Assembly: GCF_004010195.1 (NCBI RefSeq)
Contig: NC_057719.1
Location: 94,906,599 to 94,970,598, forward strand
Source: Chiloscyllium plagiosum
Taxonomy: Eukaryota
DNA: 64,000 nucleotides
Direction of reading: 5' to 3'
Positions 49,800 to 62,129 of this stretch are shown here, one piece after another; the stretch's first letter is position 1; every line of letters begins with the position of its first letter. Under the pieces are notes generated by a model that had not been told where the DNA came from, searched no databases, and saw nothing but the letters and a program-made list of their open reading frames with translations. The position numbers and the translations under genes were made by a program.

Positions 49800-52700
49800 T
49801 ATCCATGAACAGCCTAAAAATCATTCCACAGATGTAGTATATTGGCATGGATGGAAATTGGCAGGAAACAGCAAGTGAGGTTCAGAGGCTCTTTTTCAGG
49901 TTCGTGACCCATGACCAGTGGGGTTCCCCAGAAATCAGTGCAGGGACTACAACAGTTCACAATATATATTAATGACCTGGAGAAAGGAAGTGAACATAAT
50001 GCGGTTAAATTCGCAGACAACACTAAACTAGTTGGAACGTCAGGTTGTGAGAGAGGTACAAGCAGTTTACAGAATGATATTGATAGATGAAGTAAATGAG
50101 TGAAAAATTGGAAATGGGAAAATGTGAAATTGTTCACTTTGGAAGGGAGAACAAATTAACAGAATATAATTTAACCAAAGAAAATTGCAGAAAGCTGCAG
50201 CACAAAGGTTCTTGGGGATTCTTGAGCACAAAAGCACAGAAAGCTAGCAGATAGGGGGCAGCAGACAATCAGGGAGGCTAATGGAATCAAAACTGAAAGA
50301 ACTGTAGATGCTGTAAAGCAGAAACAAAAACAGAACTTGTAGGAAATGTGCAACCGGTCCAGCCTCAATATAAAAGGTTCAGGACAGGTTTGAAAAAATT
50401 CAAGTAAGTGAACCATTGGGAGGGTAGAAGAAGAGTCAACATAAAAGGAATCAAAAAGGTTTCAAGGTACTTTAATAGTATAAGAATGGTAAAAGGGTGG
50501 TAAAAGGTGTGGAGTCATTTATGAACCTAAATGGAGACTTGTCTATGGAGGCACAGGGCACGGGGTCAATTAAATGAGGGTGTTGGGTTTGCCTTTACCG
50601 AAGTGAGAAAGAATGTAGTTTAGACTGTCAACATGTTTAATGAGTGTACTTACATTTGATAACTCATCAGGACTGAATAAAACATCCAGGTTACTGAGGA
50701 AAATAAAAATGGAAATTGCAGACAGACTGGTCAAATTTTCCAAATTCCCTTCAATACAGGACCAGTGCTGGAGGACAGAAGAATTGTAAACGTTCCTATC
50801 TTATACAAAAAAAATTACTATAATCAACCTAGCAACATAGTTTAGATTCAGTGATGGGACAAATTTAGAATCACTGTTTCAGGACTATTAATAGATGTTT
50901 GGGCAAATACAGGTTAATTACAGATAGATTCCTTGAAAGTAGAGTTGAGGTAGGATAGTGAAGGCGGCGTTTGGTATGCTTCCCTTTATTGGTCAGAGTA
51001 TTGAGAACTGGAGTTGGGAGGTCATGTTGCAGTTGTACAGGACATTGGTTCGATCACTATTGGAATATTGTGTGCAATTCTAAGTTTCCTCCTGAAGGAA
51101 GGATGCTGTGAAACTTGAAAGGATTCAGAAAAGATTTACAATTATGTTGCCAGGATTGGAGGGTTTGAGCTGTGGGGAGAGGCTGAGTAGACTGGGGTTG
51201 TTTTCCCTGAAGTGTCAGAGGTTAAGGTTAAGACCAAAGTCTTTTTCCTGGGATGGGGAAGTCCAGAACTCGAGGGCAAAGGTTTAAGGTGAGAAGGGGA
51301 AGATTTAAAAGGGACCTAAGGGGCAACTTTTTCATACAGAGGGTGGTAATGAGCTGCCAGAGAAAGTGGTGGAGGCTGGTACAATTACAACATTTAAAAG
51401 ACATCAGGGATGGGTAATGAATAGGAAGGGTTTAGAGGGATATGGGCCAAGTGCTGGCAAATGGGACGAGATTAGGTTAGGATATCTGGTCGTCATGAAC
51501 AAGTTGGATAGGAGGGTCTGTTTCTGTGCTGTACAGCTCTTTGACTATAACAGTAGAGATTTGTTGAGGGAAAATCACATGTATTTTAATTTGTTGGGGT
51601 TTTCTGATGAGGTAACATAAGGGTAGATAAGGGTAACACGTTGAATGTTGCGTATGAGGACATAAAAAATTCATATAATAAACTTATGGGTATAATGGAC
51701 AGTGCACTATTTCAACAGTTTAATGGAATTGCCTGCACAGTGGAGTTGATATTTACTGCAGGGTAGTGGGAAATGAGTCATTTAGCAAAGAGAGATGAGG
51801 AGAGATGATATAAGGGATACAACTCTAAAAGGGCTTTAGGCAATAAAGGAATTAAACGATTAAAAGCAGAAAGTGCTCAAGAAATTCTGCAGGTCTGGTA
51901 GCATTGACAGAGAGAAAAATTGAGTTAATGCTTGGAGTCCAATATGACTCTTTTTTTAGAACCTCAAGTTGAGTTTGGTGCTGGTGGTGCCTCAGATCAA
52001 GCTGGAGTACATTGGTTGGGGATCCTACTGCTTTCCTGCCTTTGTCCCGGTTAAATTGAATATTAATTTGGAGAAAAAATAAGCATAGCAAGAGAGGGAG
52101 AATTGGAAGGACTGTCCAACCTGAAGGTGGATGAATCACTGAGACCAGATGAATTGCATCATCGGCTGTTAAAGGAATAATAGACCAGTCAGTCTGATGT
52201 CTGTGGTAGGCAAATTACTGGAATCAATTTTGTGAGACTTGGAGAGCCAGAGGTTAGTTAGGGTTAATCAGCAAGGTTTTGTTAAGGGAGGGTCATATCT
52301 TAAAAACTTAATTGAATTTTCTGAGGTGGTAACAAGGAGGATTGATGAGGATAGTGAGAGACCATGAAGCGCATGTCCACAGGTCCCTGAAGGAACCAGG
52401 ACAGGTCAATATGGAGGTGAAGAAGACACACAGGAGGCTTTCCTTCAGTGAGTTAGAAATTCAATGCAGTAATTGGAAGGTAATGCTGGAACTTTATAGG
52501 ATACTGATTAGGCCACAGTTGGGGATTAATGTATATTTTTGATCACATTACAGGACAACCATTATTGCTCTGGAGATTGTATAGTGGAGATTTGTCAGGA
52601 TTAAAAATTGCACCTATAAAGGAAAGATTAGATGGGCTAGGATTGTTTTTGTTAGAAAAGAATATGGTGAGAGGTAACTGAATTGGTATATACAAAATAA

Positions 52701-53000
52701 TGAAGTGGTTAGATTGAGTGGATAGGGATGACTTGTTTCCCCTTGGGATGAAGTTAATTTCCAGATTTACAGTGATTGGTAGAAGAAGGGACATTGAGGT
52801 GGAAACTCTCAAAATATTTTAAAGGAACCTGGATCAGTCTCTGAAGCACTGTAGCCTGTAGGGCTGCAAACCAGATTCTTGAAAGTGGGATTGGAATTAG
52901 GGGGTTGGGGGTTGGGGGGGGGCGCTTTGGTTTATTCAGCTGGCACAGACACAATGGCTGAAAGGTCTTTTTCTGTGCTGTAACCTTTCTGTGGTCTCAC
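49800..53000 (+). mobile_element. Cluster of older CR1 fragments
   Basis: SGVPQKSVQG/FADNTKL at about 49915-50030; a CR1 3' end at about 50950-51550; further degraded RT and 3' end at 52090-53000. Confidence 0.7.
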
Positions 53001-54714
53001 AGTTCTAAGTCTGGGACAAGACTGCTCCTGGATGGCTTTTCCACCCTATTGTTGATTGAGGCATTTGTGTCGGTAACTAGAGGTTTCAACTCATCAATGG
53101 GGCATGATGGATTTACTGTGGGGCAAGTCCAGAGAGAAAATCCTGTTGGCATTGCTTGTGGGCTTCCAAAGAAGATTCTTTGTTTTGAGGTGCTCAATAC
53201 GTGATCAAGAAAAATGAGATGAGGATGATATCAGAAGATTTGGGGCTGCTGAGACCCAATCTTTGCCCTTGCTGCCGACCCTTCTAGCCCCACTCCCCTG
53301 CCTCCCACTGTGTGAAGCCCCATTCCACTATCACTCACCTAATACCAGGTCCCTCAGTGACCCTGGACTGATTTTACATTGTCCAAAGCAGCATTCCTTT
53401 CCCACTGGCACTGCTGCATGATGCAATGATGCTAATCTCTGACTGTTCAGTGGCACCTGAAGTTGGGGGTTTTAGGGGGTGGGGTGATTTCTGCTCTCAT
53501 TGATCATGGGGAATTTCAGCTGCTGCCCAGTTAAGTGCTTAATTGGCAGTTAATCTAAGGGACTTTTGCAAAAGGAGGCAATGTGGGTTTCTCACCAACT
53601 CTCTAACCACTGGGCATGATTCTCATTTTCTCCGTTAAACACTGCCCCAAACACTTATTTTCTTTCCCATGTTCCTGTGAGTGTGGCTCCTCAATATAAT
53701 ATTAGATCTTCTACAAAATAAACATGGTAAAATTACATTCCAAATTCCTCTTTCTCTGAATGGTTTAATTGTCCTATGTTATTAGCTGTAAAACTTAAAT
53801 TTATTATTGAGTAAATATACAGTTTTAAAGCCTGAAAAATGTATTGAGGATTTTGTGGAAGTTTTGAATTTGACATTGTTCATGGCATTCTGCTGGTAAT
53901 CACAATGCAAATGTGATTACCCTCAATCTTCAAAGAAAATTCTGTTCAGTGCTTTTTGATTTTATGAGTGTTTCATGTTCTTTGATTTGTCTCTTGTTTT
54001 CATTTGGTCACATTTCATTTGTTGAAATAAGAGAGGAAGCCAGGAGGTTTTTTTTTCAAAATGTCCATGGGAGTTGACCTCAGCCAGGCTTCAGCCCAGT
54101 GTTGCCATGAACAATATTTTATCTTGTGCTAGGCTAGGTCTCCTGGCTTTCATCAAATGAGGTTCACAGGTATGTGGGTTTAAGCTGCTCCATGATGATT
54201 TGGGGGGGGACATAGTCTCTCTCCACCTCTATTTCCTTGACAGAGCACATTCTAACTCCAATATGCTATGCCAATATGTTGCGGATAAATCTATTTTCAC
54301 ATATACATTTGTAAGATTTGATACTTAAGAGGATAGAAAAACATTTGGAATGAATATAGGATGAGTGATATTAATTTCTGGTGTACAAAACAAATTGCTT
54401 GGTAAATGGTACAGTGACTGACACTCGAAGCTGCCTTGGGAAACCAAATATTGTTTTGTTGCTCTGCTCAAGTTAAAAACTTGAAATGCAAGTTTTAGAT
54501 TGAGTACAGACAGCTTGTATTTTGCATCTGTCCATTCTTTTCCTGGAAGTACTTGATGATGATAATGGACTGCCCGAGTTGTTCTCCCAATCAGCAATTA
54601 AACCAATAACCTTGATGACCAAAACATCACCACAAAGGAAAAAAAGATATATAGTGTGGTGTGCATTATGTTGTCTAACGATTGGAAGCTTATCACTTAA
54701 ACTCATATGGTTAC

Positions 54715-55017
54715 CTGGTACAGATTTGGCCCATTTAACAACAGATACAAGTTGTCTCTCGCATAGCCTGTTCAGGCTGGTTAGCAGATAGTTAGTTGAG
54801 TCAGGTTGACTGTTATCATAGCCTGCATAAACAACTTCTGGTTCAATTATCTGTAAAATGGAAACGAGTGTCGGAGTGAACTGGACCGCTCGAGCTGAAT
54901 GTAACGAGACCTTTGGCACTGCAACTGGATTGACACTTGATAGTGTCATTTCGGACTGCAGAGAAGATGGGCTGTTTCCGATGTTCTTTAGTTTACTGAA
55001 TTTTCTTAGCTTTCGGG
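54715..55017 (-). CDS. pgr: Progesterone receptor internal exon (hinge + start of ligand-binding domain; equivalent to human PGR exon 4)
   Basis: Minus strand ttttcag|CCCGAAAG...CCAG|gtaacc, 303 bp, phase 1-1. Translates (A)RKLRKFSKLK...FTPTLVSILQIIEPEVVYAGYDNSQPDSTNYLLTSLNRLCERQLVSVVKWAKSVP(G). LLTSLNxLxERQLxSVVKW is PR-like rather than GR/MR/AR. Confidence 0.9.
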
Positions 55018-58000
55018 CTGAAAAACAAAAGATAATTGCCAGTTCAACAACTGACATTCCAACAGAATATCCATTACTGTTTAATTTACAGAGTTATACT
55101 GCCCAATTATCCAAACCAATCTCGACATTAGTTGGATTCAGTTTGATCCCACTTTTGTCCATTGCCTCAGTTTCCAAATTCAGTTCCTTTGGTAAATGAA
55201 TAAGCCATTGTCTCTTAAACATAATGGTAAATCACACTTCATATAAGGGATATAATGAGAAATAAAATGTGATGTTGCCAGGCATCAGCACTTTGACTCT
55301 GACGAGGCAAAAGTCATCTGAGACTATGTGGCAAGATCAAAGGTTTTATATGACAAGGATCGAATGAGCTTTATCTATCTTTACTCAAGGAGAAAGAAAC
55401 TGTGGGGAAGTGCTTTCAGTTTAAAATACGTTCCTAGCTAAGCATTGCTTAAAAAAGAAAATTTAAATATTCTTACCTCTTTGGAGAAGTCCTTATTTTC
55501 ATTTCAATTTTTCAGACCCTGATTCGGGGTCTCCCTTCTCTGCAGGGAGCCACTCTGAAGATGTCAGTTATGAGAGTGGCAGTGACTGCCTTCTTAGAGA
55601 ACCCTGTACTATTAGCATCCAGACCAGTTTTGATGCTAGTTGGGAAGCAGATGAGCTGAGAAAAGTCAGTGACAGCTGGGTAAATAGGCATACTCAGTTG
55701 TTATTGACTCCTTCAGGCTCAAATCTCTCAATAACTGCCTGAAAAATTCCCATTGTTACAAAAACTTTGAAATGTAAATTTAATAAAAATAACAGAGGGG
55801 AGTACATTAGCTGACAAGTGCAGGAAGTCAGCAGAGGGAAGAAAAATGCTCTAAAAGTTTCCGTAATGGAGAATAACCTACTGATGCCTGGCAATATTAT
55901 CTCTCAAACTTTATTGCAAGTAATATATAGTTTGCATGTATGTCATCCAGTTTTACCATCTTGGGAAATGTTTTCACATAAAGAGAACAATGATTTCTAA
56001 TAATTGATTTTTCAAATTGTCATCCAGGCACTAATCTCTGTGTGCCAGAATATGATTTGGTCAATTCTACCTGACTTTGCGCACCAATGTTTTGGCTCCA
56101 TTTATAGTCTAAAATAAAGAAGATTTTACACCAAAATCAACTTAGTTTTGCAATCACAGTAATTTCATATTCTGTCACTTATCGTGTGCGCCAGGAGTTT
56201 AGGCTCATTTTCCAATGCATGTAATAATGGAGAAATCGTGGGTGTAACTTTGCGCTGTCTTTATATACAAGACTCCAAAAAGTACCTATTTTTAATTAAG
56301 TTTAGCTGTTGTGAAACAATAACATGGACTTCTACAACTGTTTTGTTTATAATTATTTATTAATCCAGGGGCCAACATCAAATCTGGTTTAAAAAACTTG
56401 GCAAAAAAGCTTCTTTTGCAATCACTATACCAAAATTTGAGCAAAGCACACAAAATCCCGACAAAAAAAAAGGTGAAAACTGCTGTCATTAGTGGCAAAG
56501 ATAAATTTCAGCCAATTGCAATATGTCAGCATTAAAGATCTTTTTGCGCTTCTGAAGCAAATGAAAAGCCACTTGACCCATACAAGTTTTGTAAAGCTGC
56601 TGCTGAGCACACCACTGCTTGTTAAAAATAGCTAAATGGCTGTTGTGCAAAGCCAGTTTTAATGAAGAGAGTCTGCAAGCGCAGGTAGACACCATCATGA
56701 AGTGACGCAACCACATTGTTTCATGGGGGAGGCCAAACCCCCCAGCTTGTAAAGTAGGCACAAAGCATTGCAGTTTTTCAGCACTGTCTTCACGACTCAG
56801 AGGACAACCTGGCAGGAGGTCTGGAAGAAGGCGGACAAAGTTAAGGCATGAATATTGTTGTAAAGTAGGAGCACAAGACATATCTGAACATGAAGGAAAG
56901 TTGTAGTTGTACAAGATTACGCAAAAAGCTTCACCGATACAGGTATTAGCAAGTATATAGCAAATAAGATATTAGAAGGGAAAGAAAAAGCAGAGACATG
57001 CAAATTACATTACTTCATGCTGGGAAAGTAATTGTATTTCAGGAAGAATATCTTCTGGGTCAGATTATTGCTTCTCAATCCCTACATTGAAAAGCAAACC
57101 TTTCACAGAGTAAAAGGGCAACAAATGGTGGAACCCAGAACTGTTGGTAAAAAAGGTCAATGGCAGACCCTATGGAACAGACGGTAGGAGCATGACACAC
57201 TCTTGCTTCTACAAGTCATTTTAAGGGTGGCCAAATTTTCATGTCATGGCCTCAGCCAGAAATTTGTAAAATCATTTACTCACTTAACTTTCAAAAGCTT
57301 GTTGCCATTTGGAGTGTGACATAAATGGCAGTGGTACATTCCAGGATAGTTTATTGTGTATTTTGTGCTAAGCCAGCCAAATCTAATCATTTATCTGATG
57401 CCCATGCCCCAGCCCAAATCTTTAACCCAAGCTCCCCCCTCTGCTGAAGGGTAATTCCAGCTTAGAGTCATGGGAGCTGTACAGTTGATCTCAAACTACA
57501 CATATACCTGAGCTGTGGAGTGAAAGCTGTTCATCTGAATTCACTCCAGATTAATTTCCATTCTTTTGGAAAGAAATGCATGTGAATACTGTGACAGGAC
57601 AGACTGGGTCTAATTGAAACCACCATTGGTTGAATAGTTTGCTGTACTCAGCTTCCAGATTCCACAGGTTTAAGAACCTGTGGAACCCTAACTCAGCAAG
57701 TTGTAACATTACAAGAGAAATGAGTACCATTAAAATACTTCTCTCCTGAGGGCAATAAAAGATTTTTCACACAAACTTGTGTGAATCTTTTAAAAGCTGC
57801 AGAAGGTAAGGATGTACCTTTTGTATGGATGTGTTCCCAATGGATTGATATAAAGAATCCTACTTTGTGGTGACCAGGGACCCTGAAAAATGGAGTTATG
57901 AAACATGATAGCACTTTAGTGGAGTCTATCTATAGATGACTGTTTCAGGTAGGAATAAAGGTATGCATGGGTCAAAATGAACAGGATCATTCACAGTTTT

Positions 58001-59248
58001 CTAGTAAACATTTCAGTTGTAATATGCTTCCTCCATACCAACATTTTATATTAAAATGGAATTTGAGAAAAATAAAAGACGTGCGCAGATGTAAGACAGC
58101 CTGATGGAACAACTGCTAAAAGAAATTGGTTTAATAAATTGGCAAAAAGTGGACTCACTCAGAAAACATTGGAAGAGAACCAAGCTTGAGATTAGAAAAC
58201 AAAATTTCCCATGTACTGAATCAAGTGATTCACAGAGAATAAGGGTGTATTCTGTACAAATACAAAGTGGTGTGAGATTTAAGTAATGGCTCAATGAGTA
58301 AGTGCACCACATGGTTCCAGGTTTGATCCCTGCTTTGTGTGAATTAGTGGGTGCAGTGATAAGACAGTACATAGAGCATAGAAATTGTAGAGTGTCAAAT
58401 GCTTGGCTCAGTTCCAGGCACAAATTAATTACCAGGACAAAAACCTGAAAGACCCAGTGGGTAAGTTATTTAATTTAATTTTATCTGCTCTGCTCTTGTA
58501 ATTCTGAACTGCCATTGTATGAATCAGGACAGAATCATTGTATATCACAAAATTCAGAGCACAGGCTATTCTTAGTGTATAAATAAATAAAGCTCATGTT
58601 TCTGGCTGGTCAATTCCAGTTCTAATTCTGAACTGAAGTTTTGATTAATCTAACCTCACTTTGTAAGGTGCATTCAAATATGCATCAAAGAGTAAATTAT
58701 CACAATTAATTAGATGCCTAGCTCTTTCCAGATGTCTCTATTCAACAGGAAACTAAACACTATGAAGATATTCAAATTGATTTGGAGCATCGGTTGTTTC
58801 TGGAGGATATGTATGAGCAGGTTCTCTCCAGTTAAATAAGTATCAAGTGTGTCATCTTTAAGGTGAGAGAGCAGTATGTTACGTCACATTAACCTAAAGT
58901 TCAACTTCCAATACCTGGAGAAGGCCGGGTCAACCTATTCTTGTCACCTGCTTTAGGGATGGAATATTGAAATTACACCAATTCACTCAGTCTGTATACA
59001 GGAAAAAACCATTGACGTCTGGAAATTACAACATCTCTTTAGTTTGTACAGTTTGCAGACTTCAGAGGGACCGTATCTAAAAAGCATATAAATCTCCGAG
59101 ATAGAATGAACATATAATATTACTAAAGTACACTTACCCAGAGAAACATAAGCCCCTCATGGGGCTGAGGAACATGCCAGTAGTACATTAAGGTGAACTA
59201 TTCAGCAAAGCAAGATTCACACTGATTCCCTGCATATACAGCACTGGT

Positions 59249-59470
59249 GGGCGGCACGGTGACACAGTGGTTAGCACTGCTGCCTCACAGCGCTAGAGAT
59301 CCGGGTTCAATTCCTGCCTCAGGCGACGTGAATTGGCCATGCTAAATTGCCCGTAGTGTTAGGTAAGGGGTAAATGTAGGGGTATGGGTGGGTTGCGCTT
59401 CGGCGGGGCAGTGTGGACTTGTTGGGCCAAAGGGCCTGTTTCCAAACTGTAAGTAATCTAATCTAATCTA
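59249..59470 (+). mobile_element. HE1-type V-SINE with the V-domain deleted
   Basis: Head jumps from aggcgac directly to gtgaattggcc; CpGs are retained; (taatc)n tail. Confidence 0.8.
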
Positions 59471-61509
59471 GTAGAGAGAACCATTAAGGCTTCTGCTAAT
59501 GAACTTCAAAACTCTTGAAAATAATTTAACCATTTCACTAACTACTGGAAAGACTGGATCCCAAGATCATAAACAAAGGAAATTCAGTAGTGAGAGAAGA
59601 ATATTTAAATAGACATGTAGCATATGAGAAGTAATGATTTAATACAGTAAGCTGTATTAAATCATTACATTGCTTTGGGTCATCAATTCAGAGCTACTTA
59701 AAAATATTGTACTAGCAGACTTGCTAAATTGTAAAAAAAAACCACAGCATTTCATAAATCAACTAACCTCCAGCACAGAAGGATACAATCCAGCCCATTG
59801 TCCCTGATCTGTACTAACTCTATGTTGAAAATATTTATTGTAATTCTAATCTTTCTCTCCCTTGATCATCAACATTTACTCTCAGTGGAAACAGCATGGA
59901 GGAATAGGGACTCATCACTATTGCACTTTTTAAGGGAGATATTAGAGAGACAAATTTTGAGGCAGAATCTCTAAATTTCAATAATCTCATATGTGCTTCA
60001 GTTGAAAATATTACAACTAAAGAACTTTGATATTTAAGGGCTGGGACTATGCTAATTATGAATATAATGCTTGCTTTAGGACACCAGCCAGACTGTTTGC
60101 CATCTCCAGCCTCATTTGGAAGAAAAGCTGTTCCTAACTGGATCTACTTCTAAAAAGGTTTGATTAATGCCTTTAAATAATCCCCCAGTTTTAACTGAAA
60201 CTGGAAGTAAAGAAGGCACCTAATCAGCTCCAAACCCAGCTGAGGGTCTCATTACCAACTAGCTTCTCAACTTTAAAGGTGATTGACTTGGTTTTCCAAA
60301 CTGCAGGAGGATTAAGACAAAATGAAGAATGGGTCATGTTTGGAAAAACAAAATAAAGAAAATCATGGTGAACTTAGGCTGGGTAATACTAAGTAAGTAT
60401 GCAGCCTGAATGTTGTACATTCAACACTATAAACTGCAAGAAGTTTTATATTTTATGCAGGGATTATTGTACAAAAGACCTATTATGGACAAAATGCATA
60501 AGCCAATCCACACATGGGTGGGTAAAGGATTTCTTTTTTCTCAAAATAGCAGGAAGCTCATTATTTGCTGGAGACATGTGCAATTTTTAAAAAATCAATT
60601 TGAGCCTGATAAAGCACGCTTTGTGTACTGAATTTATAGGTCAGTATATCTTTCAATGTCAGATAAGTCATTCTCCACTGATTGGAAAGATCCTATAGCT
60701 GTAGCATCCATGGTTGCTATCAATTTCACATTCACAAACATAAAAATTGTGAATGATTAATGTTCTCTTTAAATCATTTTTCAGCACCGAACATACTAGT
60801 CATAGGCCTGAACCTCCTTTCTCTTCTGATATTTCAATGAGAGAAGTATAAAAGCCTTTCCTTCATATACAAGTGTACGTCTTTGCTATTAATTGCATTT
60901 TTGTTCTGTTTTGAGAGGATCCAAGTTTCTACAGTCAATGTGATTGCCAAACCATTAGCTCCAACGTGGCAATTGTTTAATGTGCTGTTTTCTTTAAAGC
61001 ATTATTCAAGTTGGACATGTACGCTTCCAGAGAAATATGATACCAATCTTCAAAACTTTCCTGCCGCCTAAATGAGTCAAGCTGGACTTTAACTCAATAA
61101 CTTATCAATGTGATATTAAATGTTTCATTTATCTAAAACATACGCCATTTGATTAAGTCTTTGCCACAAATTGTTTTGACAGAACGATTACAAATGTTGC
61201 TTATGAAAACTAATATTACAACCAACTTAAAAAATTTAGATCTACTTCTAAAAAATTTAGAAACAATGACAACAACATTCTGCATTTGTACAGAACTGTT
61301 AATATAGTAAAATGACTCTAGGTGCTTCACAGGAGCAATTAACAAATAAAATTTGATGCCAAATCACAAACAAATATTAGAGGAAAAATTGAAGTGAAAT
61401 TGGTAATCAAGCGTGATGTTCAGGATGAACCTAATGGTTGATGTCTTCCATTTCTCATTGCAGCATAAGCAGAAGCCATTGCAGTATAAACTGAGACTGA
61501 GATCTTAAA

Positions 61510-62060
61510 AATAACGAGGAGATGCAAGAGTAGAGTATGTGCCACAACTTAATATAGCCATGGCTGATCCACTTTCCCATCAGATCCCCATATCCTCTCA
61601 TACTCTGAAAGATCAAAAATCAGCTCAGCTCAAACATATTCAAAGTTGAAGCATCTACAATTCTTTGAGTGAAGAAATTTCTCCGAAATGATCAGGACCT
61701 TATCCTACGATTGTGCTTCTGTGTTTAAAGCTCCTCAGTCAGGGTACATAATTTCTGCACCTATCTTGTAAAGCCCCTTCAGAATCTTATACACCTCAAT
61801 GAGATCACTTCTGGTTCTAAAGAATATAGACCAAATTTCCTCAACATCTCATCCTAGGATAATGTTCATCCCAGGAACCAAAGCTTTCTGTACTGCTTCC
61901 AATGGAAGTATATGCTTCCTATATATGGAGACCAAAACACATAGCCTTCAATGTCTGGTCTCACCAAAACTCTACACAATTGCGCTAAAACTCACTTATT
62001 CCTGTACTATAACTCCTTGCAATAAGGACCAGTACATCTTCCTAATTGCCTACAAACTTG
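61510..62060 (-). mobile_element. Old CR1-type 3' fragment
   Basis: Reverse-strand RT C-terminal remnants and 3' tail similar to 21030-21640. Confidence 0.5.
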
Positions 62061-62129
62061 CAAGCTAAATTGAAATCTCAGAATAGTATAATGCAAGCTC
62101 AGGCACTATTACACTAATCATAGGGGATG

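Noticed and set aside
1862..55017. Assignment as GR, MR or AR
   Set aside because: [35 protein letters not shown] and LLNT fit PR best. The FTPTLVS segment is GR-like, so a phylogeny is still advisable.
54473..55057. 194-aa ORF as a stand-alone gene
   Set aside because: It is the 303-bp pgr exon plus read-through into the flanking introns; splice sites bound the conserved part.
39656..59330. tRNA genes at the SINE heads (39656, 46384, 59249)
   Set aside because: The tRNA-like A/B boxes continue into V-SINE bodies and LINE-derived tails.
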